DNA from: Gemmatimonadota bacterium
GTDB taxonomy: Bacteria; Gemmatimonadota; Gemmatimonadetes; Gemmatimonadales; GWC2-71-9
Length of the DNA stretch: 64,000 bases
Direction of reading: 5' to 3'
Assembly (NCBI GenBank): GCA_003221035.1
Contig: QHUB01000019.1
Span: 2,418-66,417, forward strand
This document shows, piece by piece, positions 47,900 through 56,884 of this stretch. Numbering within the stretch: position 1 is the first letter of the stretch; each line of letters starts with the position of its first letter. The notes beneath the pieces were generated by a model. The model had not been told where the DNA came from. It did no database searches and was given only the letters and a program-made list of their open reading frames with translations. The translations under genes and the position numbers were made by a program.

Positions 47900-49516
47900 A
47901 TGGCGATCAAAGGCTCGCTCAAGGAAGCGTCCCTCCCCGACGTCCTGCAGCTGCTCGCGCTGGGGCAGAAGACCGGCTGCCTGTCGATCGCCGACCGCTC
48001 GAACTTCGGCTACATCTACTTCGACAAGGGCCGGATCTCGTACGCCTCGATCGTCAATCGCCGCGACCGCCTCGGCGACATCCTCGTCAAGCACGAGAAG
48101 ATCACGCAGGAGCAGCTCGACGCCGCGATCCATCGCCAGTCCAAGGAGCGCGACAAGAAGCTCGGCGAGATCCTGGTCGTACAGAGTGTGCTCACGCAGC
48201 AGGAGCTCGAGCGGTACATGCGGATGCAGATCGAGGAGTCGGTCTACTATCTGTTCACCTGGACGCAGGGGACGTTCAATTTCGAGTCCGACGTCCGCCC
48301 GGAGCAGCAGGACTTTCTCGTCTCCATCAATCCCGAGTCGCTGCTGCTGGAAGGGGCGCGGCGCGTGGACGAGTGGGGGCTGATCGAAAAGAAGATCCCG
48401 TCGTTCGACCTGATCTTTCTCGTGGATCGCGATCGCCTCGCGATCAGCGACGCCACGCTGACCGAGGTCCAGGATCGGCTCCTCTCGCTGCTCGACGGCT
48501 CGCGCGACGTCAACCAGGTGATCGAAGACTCCGGGCTGGGCGAATTCGAAGTCGGCAAGGCGCTCTACGGTCTCGTCACCGCCGGATTTCTGCATCGGGC
48601 GGGTCGCACGATCAGCGCCGAAGACGTCAAGATGACCGATGCGCGCGTGGAGGAGCACCGCAACCTCGGCATCGCGTTCTACAAGACCGGGATGCTGGAC
48701 GAAGCGGCGCGCGAATTCCGGCGCGTGGCGGAGCTGCGCGGCACCGATGCCAACGCGCATTTTTTCATCGGGCTGGTGGCGCTCAAACAGGCGCGCTGGC
48801 GCGAGGCGATGGAAGCGCTGCGGCTCGCCGCCGAGAAGGGCGGCTCCCGTCCCGCGGTGCTCCACAATCTCGGCCTCGCGTTCGAGCAGCTCGGCCGACT
48901 GGAGGATGCCGAGGCCGCCTACGCGGAAGCGGCGTCGCGGGCGAAGACCGATCCCCGAGTCTACCTCGGATGGGGCATCGTCGCGCTCAAGCAGGGCGAT
49001 CATCGCGGCGCGGCCGGTCGGCTCGACCGCGCGAAGGAGCTGTTCGCCGCGCACGTCCCGCCGATCTGGTTCTGGGCGCGCGCGCTCGCCGCGGCGGCCG
49101 CCGGCGATTTCGAGACCGCCGAGCAGGTGGCCGGCCAGGCCGTCGAAGCGCATCCGCAACACGGCGTGCTGCGCAACAACCTGGCGGTGCTGCACGAGCT
49201 GGCCGGAGACCTGACCAAGGCCGAGGAGCTGGCGCGCGCGGCGCTGCGGGACGAGCCCTCCCTGCCGCAGCTGTCCAAGAATCTCGGTGACCTCGCCTAC
49301 CGCAGCTCGCGCTACGACGAGGCATGGGATCTGTACCAGCGCGCGATCGATCTCGCCCCGGAGCTCGGCGACGACGTCTACTTCAAGCTCGGCAACATCG
49401 CGTACAAGCGAAACGACCGCGAGCAGGCGAGCGAGCTGTGGCGGCGCGCGCTGGAGCTCAATCCCAAACACGAGCTCGTCAAGGCAAATCTGGATACCCT
49501 GAGCAGTCTGTCGTGA
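47900..49516 (+). CDS. PATAN/DUF4388 domain protein with C-terminal TPR (second paralogue)
   Basis: GSLKEASLPDVLQLLALGQKTGCLSIAD...GYIYFDKGRISYA, with helical insertion LGEILVVQSVLTQQELERY. Long TPR tail. The ATG directly follows the upstream stop. Confidence 0.82.
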   Translation: MAIKGSLKEASLPDVLQLLALGQKTGCLSIADRSNFGYIYFDKGRISYASIVNRRDRLGDILVKHEKITQEQLDAAIHRQSKERDKKLGEILVVQSVLTQQELERYMRMQIEESVYYLFTWTQGTFNFESDVRPEQQDFLVSINPESLLLEGARRVDEWGLIEKKIPSFDLIFLVDRDRLAISDATLTEVQDRLLSLLDGSRDVNQVIEDSGLGEFEVGKALYGLVTAGFLHRAGRTISAEDVKMTDARVEEHRNLGIAFYKTGMLDEAAREFRRVAELRGTDANAHFFIGLVALKQARWREAMEALRLAAEKGGSRPAVLHNLGLAFEQLGRLEDAEAAYAEAASRAKTDPRVYLGWGIVALKQGDHRGAAGRLDRAKELFAAHVPPIWFWARALAAAAAGDFETAEQVAGQAVEAHPQHGVLRNNLAVLHELAGDLTKAEELARAALRDEPSLPQLSKNLGDLAYRSSRYDEAWDLYQRAIDLAPELGDDVYFKLGNIAYKRNDREQASELWRRALELNPKHELVKANLDTLSSLS

Positions 49517-50286
49517 CCGATGAGGGGGCCTTCGAAGCCCTGACGCAGAAGATTTCGCGCGAGCGGGGCATGAGCTGCGGGTCGTACAAGAACAAGTGCC
49601 TGAAGCGCCGCATCGCGGTGCGGATGCGGGCGCGCGCCATCCACACCTACGACGATTACGCCAGACTCCTCGATCGCGACCCGCACGAGTACCAGGCGCT
49701 GCTCGATGCGCTGACCATCAACGTCACCAAGTTCTATCGCAATCCAGAGACGTGGGATGCGCTGCGGCCGTATCTCGCGGAGCTCTGGACGGTGCGGCGC
49801 GGCGCGCTGCGGATCTGGTCGGCGGGGTGCGCGTCAGGCGAGGAGCCGTACACGATCGCCGTGCTGCTCGCCGCCGCCGGAGCGCAGGGCACGATCGACG
49901 CGACCGACATCGACCGGCTGAGTCTCGAGCGGACCCGCCAGGCGCAGTATCCCGATGCCGCGTTCACCGAGATGCCTGCGGATCTGCGGCGACGCTACTT
50001 CCGCGACGGCCAACCGGCGCAGGAGGTCCGGGCGCTCGTGCACGTCCTGGCGCACGACCTCACCCGCGAGCCGCCGCCCCGCACGACGTACGACCTGATC
50101 GTGTGCCGCAACGTGGTGATCTACTTCGAGCGCTCGGCGCAGGAGCGCCTGTTTCAGGTCTTTGTCGACGCGCTGCGACCCGGCGGCGTGCTGGTCCTCG
50201 GAAAAGTGGAGACGCTGTTCGGGCCGGCGCGCGAGCGCCTGACGCTCGCCGATCCGCGCGAGCGGATTTACCGCAAGCCCGCGTGA
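49513..50286 (+). CDS. cheR: chemotaxis protein methyltransferase CheR
   Basis: INVTKFYRNPETW and SAM-binding IWSAGCASGEEPYTIA ... DLIVCRNVVIYF. The GTG overlaps the upstream stop. Confidence 0.9.
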   Translation: MTDEGAFEALTQKISRERGMSCGSYKNKCLKRRIAVRMRARAIHTYDDYARLLDRDPHEYQALLDALTINVTKFYRNPETWDALRPYLAELWTVRRGALRIWSAGCASGEEPYTIAVLLAAAGAQGTIDATDIDRLSLERTRQAQYPDAAFTEMPADLRRRYFRDGQPAQEVRALVHVLAHDLTREPPPRTTYDLIVCRNVVIYFERSAQERLFQVFVDALRPGGVLVLGKVETLFGPARERLTLADPRERIYRKPA

Positions 50287-50765
50287 AGGAAATCATCGTC
50301 AAAGTCGCGGACTGGGCAGCCGAGCGAGGCGATGGCGTCCTGGTGACGCTGGGTCTGGGCTCCTGCGTCGCCATCATGCTGCACGATCTGGAGACGCAGA
50401 CCGGCGGCATGGCGCACGTGCTGCTGCCGTCCACGAGCCTTGCCCGCGACATCACGAACCGCGCGAAGTTTCCCGATACCGCCGTGCCGCTGCTCGTCGA
50501 GCGACTCAGCAGACTGGGCGCGGATCCGCGCCGGCTGGTCGCCAAACTGGCGGGCGGCGCGCGCATGTTCAGTCAGCTCGTCACCCCCGGCACGATCCAG
50601 ATGGGCGAGCGCAATGTCCTGGCATGCCGCAGCGCGCTGCGCGCGGCGGCCATCCCCATTGTCCGGGAATCCGTCGGTGGCGAGCGTGGCCGCAGCGTGC
50701 GCTTCCATCTGAGCGACGGTCGCGTCGAGATCCGTTCGGTCGGAACGAATGTCGATGTCATCTGA
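50283..50765 (+). CDS. cheD: chemoreceptor glutamine deamidase CheD
   Basis: [16 protein letters not shown]...GGMAHVLLP...GERNV. The GTG overlaps the cheR stop. Confidence 0.9.
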   Translation: MKEIIVKVADWAAERGDGVLVTLGLGSCVAIMLHDLETQTGGMAHVLLPSTSLARDITNRAKFPDTAVPLLVERLSRLGADPRRLVAKLAGGARMFSQLVTPGTIQMGERNVLACRSALRAAAIPIVRESVGGERGRSVRFHLSDGRVEIRSVGTNVDVI

Positions 50766-51858
50766 TCAACCCGCCCGGCCCACCGTGCTCGTCGCCGACG
50801 ACAGCGCGCTGATGCGGCGCGTGCTCGCCGATGTGCTGGGCGGCGGCGACGCGAACGACGGTGCGTTTCGCGTCGTGGCGACCGCCCGCGATGGACTCGA
50901 CGCGATTCGCAAGGTCCATCAGCACAACCCGGACGTCGTCACACTCGATCTCGAGATGCCTCAGCTCGACGGGCTTGGCGCCATCGGATACATCATGTCC
51001 GAGGCGCCGCGGCCGATCGTGGTGGTGAGTGCGCACGCCGGGCCGGGGACACAGGCGGCGATCCGCGCGCTCGAGCTCGGTGCAGTCGAAATCGTCGCGA
51101 AGCCGCCGCTGCCCGCGGAGGGATTTGGCCATCCGCGCGCCGCACTCGAGGCGCTGGCGCCCGCGCTGATCGCCGCCGTGCGCCGCGCGCTCGCGGCGGA
51201 TGTGTCCCACGTGAAGGTGCTGGCGCGGCCCCCGGCGCCGGTCGTCCATCCACCGGATCTGGGGCTGCGCGGGCGCGCGTGGTTCGCCGTTGGAATCGCC
51301 GCATCCACCGGCGGCCCGCGTGCGCTCGCGGACGTCGTGCCGCGCCTCCCCACCGGTCGCCGCGCCGCGGTTCTGGTCGTGCAACACATGCCGCCCAAGT
51401 TCACGCGCAGTCTCGCGGAGCGGCTCGATTCGATGAGTCACCTGCGCGTCGTCGAGGCGGACGACGGGGCACCGATCGTCGCCGACACGGCGTACGTGGC
51501 CCCGGGCGATTATCATATGCGTGTGCGCTCGGCTCCCGATGGTCCCGTGATCGCGCTCGACCAATCAGCGCCGATTTGGGGTGTGCGGCCGGCGGCCGAT
51601 CCGCTGTTCCGCTCCATCGCGGAGGCGTACGGCGCCCGGAGCGTGGGCGTCGTCCTCACCGGGATGGGCCGAGACGGCGCCGACGGCTTGCGCGCGATCA
51701 AAGACGCGGGCGGCAGTGGCTTCGCCCAAGACCGTGAAACCGCCGTCATTTCCGGCATGCCGGCCGCGGCGGTGCAGGCGGGAGGCGTCGATGCCGTGTT
51801 GCCGCTCGGCCAGATCGCCGAGCGCGTGACCGCCGAGCTGGCGCGAAAGGGACGATGA
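50749..51858 (+). CDS. cheB: protein-glutamate methylesterase/response regulator CheB
   Basis: REC domain ([25 protein letters not shown]) plus methylesterase domain ([21 protein letters not shown]). Confidence 0.93.
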   Translation: MSMSSDQPARPTVLVADDSALMRRVLADVLGGGDANDGAFRVVATARDGLDAIRKVHQHNPDVVTLDLEMPQLDGLGAIGYIMSEAPRPIVVVSAHAGPGTQAAIRALELGAVEIVAKPPLPAEGFGHPRAALEALAPALIAAVRRALAADVSHVKVLARPPAPVVHPPDLGLRGRAWFAVGIAASTGGPRALADVVPRLPTGRRAAVLVVQHMPPKFTRSLAERLDSMSHLRVVEADDGAPIVADTAYVAPGDYHMRVRSAPDGPVIALDQSAPIWGVRPAADPLFRSIAEAYGARSVGVVLTGMGRDGADGLRAIKDAGGSGFAQDRETAVISGMPAAAVQAGGVDAVLPLGQIAERVTAELARKGR

Positions 51859-52277
51859 AGGGCTACTTGCTCGTGCGGTCCGAGGGAAAGGCCTACGGTT
51901 TGCCGGTCGCGAGTGTGCTGGAAGTGGGCGATACGACCGAAGTCTTCCCCATTCCGCGCAAGCTTCCCGCGGTCCGCGGATTGACGCCGCTGCGGGGCCG
52001 TCTGGTGCCGCTCATTCATCTGGGTGCGCTGCTCACGGGTCGCGAAGCCCCGGCGCTGTCGTCGGGATCGCGGACCGTCGTGCTCGTGCAACTCGGAGGA
52101 GTTACGCGCGACCGCCAGGCCGCGTTCGAGGTGGACGACGCCGATGCCGTCGTGCGCGAGCAGCCGCTGCCGGTGCCGCGCGGGCATTCACTGCCATGGG
52201 CCGCGGGCGTGGCCGAGCGGGAGGGCGGGCTGGTCCCGATCCTCGATCTCGATGCGCTGGGCGATCGGATCGTATGA
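51855..52277 (+). CDS. cheW: CheW-like coupling protein
   Basis: [21 protein letters not shown]...[25 protein letters not shown] overlap with cheB. Confidence 0.82.
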   Translation: MKGYLLVRSEGKAYGLPVASVLEVGDTTEVFPIPRKLPAVRGLTPLRGRLVPLIHLGALLTGREAPALSSGSRTVVLVQLGGVTRDRQAAFEVDDADAVVREQPLPVPRGHSLPWAAGVAEREGGLVPILDLDALGDRIV

Positions 52278-52747
52278 GCACCATCACGAGCGCCGGCGGC
52301 GACGACATCCAGCTGGTCACGTTCAAGGTGGCCGGTCAGGATTTCGCCTTCAACATCTTTCAGGTGGAGCGCATTCTGCGGTATGAGGCACCGGCGCCGC
52401 TGCCCAAGGCGCCGGAGTTTCTGGCAGGGGTGTTGCAATACCAGGGCAATGCCGTGCCCCTCGTCGATCTGCGCAAGCGGCTCGGTGCCGCGGCGCCGCT
52501 GCGCGAAGACACCCGCACCGTCATCCTCGAGTTCGACGGCGGCAAGATCGGCGTGATCGTCGATGCGGTGACGGAAGTGATGCAGGTCGCGGCCCAGGCG
52601 GTGACCCCTCCGCCCGGCATCGTGCGCGGGCTCGCCGCGGAATACATCGCGGGCCTGGTTGTGCAGAATGGCCGGACCATCGTCGTGCTGAACACGAACA
52701 AGCTGCTCAACTCGACCGAGAAGCTGGCTCTGCAGGAAGCGACATGA
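52274..52747 (+). CDS. cheW: CheW-like coupling protein
   Basis: QLVTFKVAGQDFAFNIFQVERILR...FLAGVLQYQGNAVPLVDLRKRLG...IGVIVDAVTEV. The ATG overlaps the upstream stop. Confidence 0.88.
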   Translation: MSTITSAGGDDIQLVTFKVAGQDFAFNIFQVERILRYEAPAPLPKAPEFLAGVLQYQGNAVPLVDLRKRLGAAAPLREDTRTVILEFDGGKIGVIVDAVTEVMQVAAQAVTPPPGIVRGLAAEYIAGLVVQNGRTIVVLNTNKLLNSTEKLALQEAT

Positions 52748-53610
52748 CGACCGAATCACCCGTCGGACTGCTGCGCCGGGAGTACGACGCGATCGCCCGG
52801 CAGCTCGACGGCGCGGCCGGCAATGCCGAGCGCGAAGCCGCCAAGCGCGAGATCATCGCGTTCTTCAAGAAGGTCGACGGGCAGCTCGGTGAGCTGACGC
52901 AGTTGAAGGAAGACATCCGCCAGCTGGTCGATCGCTACAAGCAGCTCACCGCCGATACGAAGGGGGCTGCCGCGCCGGAGTTCACGGGGCAACGCCCGGT
53001 CCTGCACGCCGATCACATCGGCGCGACCACGTTCATCGAAAAGGGCTGGAGCCTCATCTCGCTCGGCGATCATGCGGGCGCCATTCAGGCGCTGACCAAA
53101 GCGCTGCAACTGTCGCCCGGCGACACGCAAGCGGAGTCGCTGCTCGGCTGGGCGCAGATGCTGCACGAGGACTACGACGACGCACTCGGCACCTTTCAGA
53201 AAGTTCTGATGAAGGAGCCGGCGAATTCCCTCGCCCGGATCAACGTGGGCTACATCTGTCTCAAGAAACGGATCTTCGGCGAAGCGATCGAGCATCTCTC
53301 CAAGGCGATCCGGCTGGACAACGACAAGAAGGCGACGTTGTATGCGCACTTTTATCTCGGACTCGTGTACCTGCAGCGCGAGATGTATGAGGACGCGGAG
53401 ACCTTCTTCCAGAAAACGCTCAAGTTGGGGCCGAACCTGATCGAGGCGTATTACGAGCTGGGGCGCGCGCACTGGTACGCCGGCGATCAGGACAAGGCCA
53501 AAGGCACGTGGCAGGATGGATTCAAGGCCAACAAGTTCAATCCCTGGGGCAGGAAGTGTCAGGAAATGCTGGAGCTTGTCGCTAAGGGCGAGGAGCCGCC
53601 GCGAGAATAA
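52744..53610 (+). CDS. coiled-coil + TPR protein (last gene of the Che/Mgl array)
   Basis: N-terminal coiled coil followed by TPRs (GDHAGAIQALTKALQLSP, ARINVGYICLKK..., AYYELGRAHWYAGD). ATGA overlap with cheW. Confidence 0.8.
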   Translation: MTTESPVGLLRREYDAIARQLDGAAGNAEREAAKREIIAFFKKVDGQLGELTQLKEDIRQLVDRYKQLTADTKGAAAPEFTGQRPVLHADHIGATTFIEKGWSLISLGDHAGAIQALTKALQLSPGDTQAESLLGWAQMLHEDYDDALGTFQKVLMKEPANSLARINVGYICLKKRIFGEAIEHLSKAIRLDNDKKATLYAHFYLGLVYLQREMYEDAETFFQKTLKLGPNLIEAYYELGRAHWYAGDQDKAKGTWQDGFKANKFNPWGRKCQEMLELVAKGEEPPRE

Positions 53611-53618
53611 TTCACCTG

Positions 53619-53636
53619 GCCCTGCTCCTGCAGGGT
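53619..53636 (+). terminator. short hairpin after the array (weak terminator candidate)
   Basis: ccctgc-tcct-gcaggg, 9 nt after the TAA. No U-tract. Confidence 0.25.
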
Positions 53637-53684
53637 CTGTCGTCCCCGCCCGCATCCACCCCCGTCGCCGTCACCGTTGGGCGT

Positions 53685-54515
53685 GTGACCGCGGTTGCCT
53701 GGCCGAGCCAGCAGAGTCTCGCGATCGCGCTGGCGGAGCTCGCGGATAATGCGCGCGATTTCCCCGGCATCGGTCCCATGCCGGGTGACCGTCCGATCCG
53801 GCTGATTCTCGCTCCGACGCGCGCGCGCTACGACTCGCTGACGCGCGGCCGGCTGCCGCTCTGGAGTGAGGGGGCCGCCTTCCCGGACGCCGCAACCATC
53901 GTGTTATTGACCGTCCGACCGTCCGATCGACCGACCGTCGCCCTGCGGCACGAGCTCGCGCATCTCGCGCTGCGCTGGCATGTGCAGCGGTACGTGCCGC
54001 TGTGGTTCGAGGAGGGATACGCCGCCGTCGCGGCCCAGGAGTGGGATCGGCTCGACGCGCTGCAATTGAATTGGCAGCTGGCGCGTGGCGTTCAGATGAG
54101 TCTCGACGACATCGACCGCGCGTTGCGCGGCAATCGCGGCGACGCCGAGGCCGGCTATGCGCTGGCGACGACCGCGGTGTTGCTGCTGCAGCGCTGGGGC
54201 GGGGAACGGGGACTGACGCCACTCATGGCCAATCTCCCCACGGCGGAGTCATTCGATGCCGCGCTGCGTACTACGTATCACATCACGGAGGGCGACTTCG
54301 AGCTCCGCTGGCAGAAAGACGTTGGCTCTCGATACGGCTGGCTGTCCTGGATGGCGGCGATGGGGTTCTTCTGGTTGGCGATCGGCACGCTGCTGGTCGC
54401 GTTGGTCCTCATGCGGCGCAAGCGGGACCGGCGGAAGCGGGCGGCGCTGGAGGAAGAGACGGCCGGAGACCCGGATGGAAGCCAACTGCTTGACGAGCTT
54501 GAGATTACCGAATAG
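53685..54515 (+). CDS. membrane-anchored HExxH protein (peptidase MA-like, putative)
   Basis: HELAH motif (RHELAHLALRW) with a downstream EEGYA. C-terminal TM helix WMAAMGFFWLAIGTLLVALVLM, then a basic/acidic tail. Confidence 0.6.
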   Translation: MTAVAWPSQQSLAIALAELADNARDFPGIGPMPGDRPIRLILAPTRARYDSLTRGRLPLWSEGAAFPDAATIVLLTVRPSDRPTVALRHELAHLALRWHVQRYVPLWFEEGYAAVAAQEWDRLDALQLNWQLARGVQMSLDDIDRALRGNRGDAEAGYALATTAVLLLQRWGGERGLTPLMANLPTAESFDAALRTTYHITEGDFELRWQKDVGSRYGWLSWMAAMGFFWLAIGTLLVALVLMRRKRDRRKRAALEEETAGDPDGSQLLDELEITE

Positions 54516-54529
54516 ACTCCAGCCCCGAA

Positions 54530-54715
54530 ATGCCAGACCAAACAGTTGCACGTTCGCGCCTCCGCTTCGGACCGAAGAACTACATCGTTCTCGGTGGCGC
54601 GCTCGTGTCGTTGGCGCTTGGGTATTGGTTGCTGTCGAAGGGTTCCACGACGCTCGCGCCGGTGCTGCTGGTGCTGGGCTACTGTGTGCTGTTTCCAGTA
54701 GGCCTGGCGCTTTAG
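54530..54715 (+). CDS. small two-TM membrane protein (DUF3098-like)
   Basis: 61 aa: FGPKNYIVLGGALVSLALGYWLL...LAPVLLVLGYCVLFPVGLAL. Confidence 0.55.
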   Translation: MPDQTVARSRLRFGPKNYIVLGGALVSLALGYWLLSKGSTTLAPVLLVLGYCVLFPVGLAL

Positions 54716-54737
54716 CACCTCCGCTACCCCATGGCAC

Positions 54738-54811
54738 GGGCGAATAGCTCAGCGGTTCAGAGCGCCTGCCTTACACGCAGGATGTCGGGGGTTCGAATCC
54801 CTCTTCGCCCA
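54738..54811 (+). tRNA. tRNA-Val (UAC)
   Basis: Acceptor GGGCGAA/TTCGCCC, D-arm GCTC..GAGC, anticodon arm CCTGC-CTTACAC-GCAGG, T-loop TTCGAAT. Confidence 0.93.
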
Positions 54812-54847
54812 TTGGTGTAGCAGCCCGTTCACGGAGGAACGAACACG

Positions 54848-56680
54848 GTGAGAGCGCTTCAATACGCAGTGGCGCTGACGCTCGGCGTCGCGATGACCGC
54901 GCGCGCGCAGCAGCTGGCCGCGCCGGCACAGCCGACCGAGAGATTGCTGATCCTGCCGCTCATGTGGAGCACGTCCGCCGACTCGGCCGGCGCCATCGCC
55001 CTGTCTGACGCGATCCGCGACCGCGTCAACGCACTCGTCAAGAACAAAGTGACGGTGGTGACGAAGGCGAAGTTGTGCGAGGCACTCGGGCAGTCCGGGT
55101 TCACGTGCAACGGTCTGCTCGATGAGCAGCAGGCGAAGCAGCTTGCCCACTTTCTGCAGGTCCACTCCTACGTGCATGGCGCATACGCGAAGCAGGGCAC
55201 CAACCTGACCGCGGACGTGCAGGTGTACGACATCGGCTCCTCCGGGATCTCGGGTCGGTTCACGGCGGCGAACGGCAATCCCGGAACCGCGGCGGCGCTG
55301 GCCGAGGTCGTCGCCCAGCGGATCGCCCAGATGGTGCGGATCAGCGAGCCGGTGCGCGACTGCAACGACGAGAGGCGCAAAGGTCGGTTCGGACCGGCGC
55401 GCGCCGCGGCCAACAAGGCGCTGCAGATCGATCCGAACTCCACCGGGGCATGGCTCTGCATCGCGACGATCCACGAGGCGCAGCGCGCGCCCATCGACAG
55501 CGTCATCTATGCGTCGCAGCAGGCGCTCAAAGGCGACTCCTGCAACGGGACCGCGTTGGAGAAGATCGCCAGCGGCTATCAGCAGAAGGGCGACACCGTC
55601 AAGTCCACCGACGCTTACGTCAGACAGCTCTGCGGCGAGCCGCGCAACGTACAAAAGCGACTCGGCGTCGCGCAGCTGCTCAAGCAGATGCGCAATACGG
55701 ATCGCGCGGTGGAGGTCTTGGATGAAGGGCTGAAGTTGACGCCGGGTGACGCGCAGCTGCTCGAGTACAAACTGACGATTTGCACGGAGGCTTCGAACTT
55801 CCGCTGCGCGAGCGACGTATGGGTCGCGAAATTCCAGCACGACAGCGCGCTCGGCGGCGATACCACGTTCTTGAAGCCGGCGATCGGCGCCGCGCAGCAG
55901 GTGTCCGACACTGCAGCCCTGGCCGCGTTCACCACCGCGGCGGTCAGGCACTTCCCGAGCAACGCGAGCTTCATCAAGGCCCGCGCGCAAGCATACGAGC
56001 TCGCCGGCAAACCCGATTCGGCATTGCTCTACTATAAGAAGGCGTTGGCGATCGAGCCGAACGACGTCGCCACGAGCTTGCAGATCGCGAAAGCGATCGT
56101 GGATGCGGCCGTGTGGGACACCGCCGCCGCCAATCGCGTGCCCAAGGCCGATACGGCGACACTGAACCGCATGCGCGCGGCATTCGCGCAAAAAATCGAT
56201 TCCGCCAAACCGTACCTGAAACCGGGTCTCACCTCGAGCGACTCTTCGCAGCGTATCGCGGCTTCCGTGATCATGCTGACCGCAGGGTCCAAGCTGGTGC
56301 AACAGGCACAGGCCCCTTCCCACGCCTACCCTTGGCTCGATTCGCTGCTGTCAATCATCGGATATCAGCCTCGGACGGCATCCGATACCGTCGGCCCCAA
56401 GCAGCAGATTCGGATCAATGCCAGCTTCTGGTACGGCATTTCGTCGCTGCCGGCGCTCTCCAAGCCGTTCAATGACGTGCGGACGATGAAGGGTTCGAGC
56501 ACGGTGAAATGCGGGGCCGCGCGCGACCTCTTCGAGCGCGTGACACGCACCAAGACGGCGCTGCAGATCGGTCGCCGAATCCATCCCCCGACCGCCGATC
56601 AGATGTTGGGGTACGTCACCCAGTATGAACGGACCAAGCCGCAATTCCAGGCCGCGTTCAAATGCAGACCCGAGCTGTAA
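54848..56680 (+). CDS. secreted TPR-like repeat protein
   Basis: Signal peptide MRALQYAVALTLGVAMTARAQQ followed by helical repeat units. No catalytic motif recognised. Confidence 0.7.
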   Translation: MRALQYAVALTLGVAMTARAQQLAAPAQPTERLLILPLMWSTSADSAGAIALSDAIRDRVNALVKNKVTVVTKAKLCEALGQSGFTCNGLLDEQQAKQLAHFLQVHSYVHGAYAKQGTNLTADVQVYDIGSSGISGRFTAANGNPGTAAALAEVVAQRIAQMVRISEPVRDCNDERRKGRFGPARAAANKALQIDPNSTGAWLCIATIHEAQRAPIDSVIYASQQALKGDSCNGTALEKIASGYQQKGDTVKSTDAYVRQLCGEPRNVQKRLGVAQLLKQMRNTDRAVEVLDEGLKLTPGDAQLLEYKLTICTEASNFRCASDVWVAKFQHDSALGGDTTFLKPAIGAAQQVSDTAALAAFTTAAVRHFPSNASFIKARAQAYELAGKPDSALLYYKKALAIEPNDVATSLQIAKAIVDAAVWDTAAANRVPKADTATLNRMRAAFAQKIDSAKPYLKPGLTSSDSSQRIAASVIMLTAGSKLVQQAQAPSHAYPWLDSLLSIIGYQPRTASDTVGPKQQIRINASFWYGISSLPALSKPFNDVRTMKGSSTVKCGAARDLFERVTRTKTALQIGRRIHPPTADQMLGYVTQYERTKPQFQAAFKCRPEL

Positions 56681-56687
56681 GCGGGCG

Positions 56688-56716
56688 TTGAATTGACCTA
56701 ACTCCGGGTCTATATT
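56688..56716 (+). promoter_or_regulatory. sigma70-like promoter for tRNA-Asp
   Basis: TTGAAT (56688-56693), 17-nt spacer, TATATT (56711-56716). Lies about 25 nt upstream of the tRNA 5' end. Confidence 0.5.
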
Positions 56717-56740
56717 CCGGCGCTCCGTGAGGGGCTTTTT

Positions 56741-56814
56741 GGGGCTGTAGCTCAGCTGGTTAGAGTGCCGGTCTGTCACACCGGAGGTCGCGGGTTCGAG
56801 ACCCGTCAGCCCCG
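56741..56814 (+). tRNA. tRNA-Asp (GUC)
   Basis: Acceptor GGGGCTG/CAGCCCC, anticodon arm CCGGT-CTGTCAC-ACCGG, T-arm GCGGG-TTCGAGA-CCCGT. Confidence 0.93.
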
Positions 56815-56837
56815 CCTGAGTACCCCGACGACTTGAA

Positions 56838-56875
56838 CCCCCGCCACCCGCCCATGGTGGCGGGGGTTTTTCTTA
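56838..56875 (+). terminator. Rho-independent terminator after tRNA-Asp
   Basis: cccccgccacc-cgcccat-ggtggcggggg (11-bp GC stem) followed by tttttcttatttt. Confidence 0.8.
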
Positions 56876-56884
56876 TTTTGGAGA

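Noticed and set aside
46718-49471. 917-aa ORF on the - strand.
   Set aside because: It is antisense to the double-AAA+ gene and the PATAN-TPR gene, both of which have clear family motifs on the + strand. Its composition is Arg/Leu/Asp-biased and featureless.
54738-56814. A single secreted TPR gene flanked by tRNA-Val and tRNA-Asp, considered as a possible integrated island.
   Set aside because: There is no integrase, recombinase or phage gene. I saw no direct repeat of a tRNA 3' end, and the composition is similar to the surroundings.
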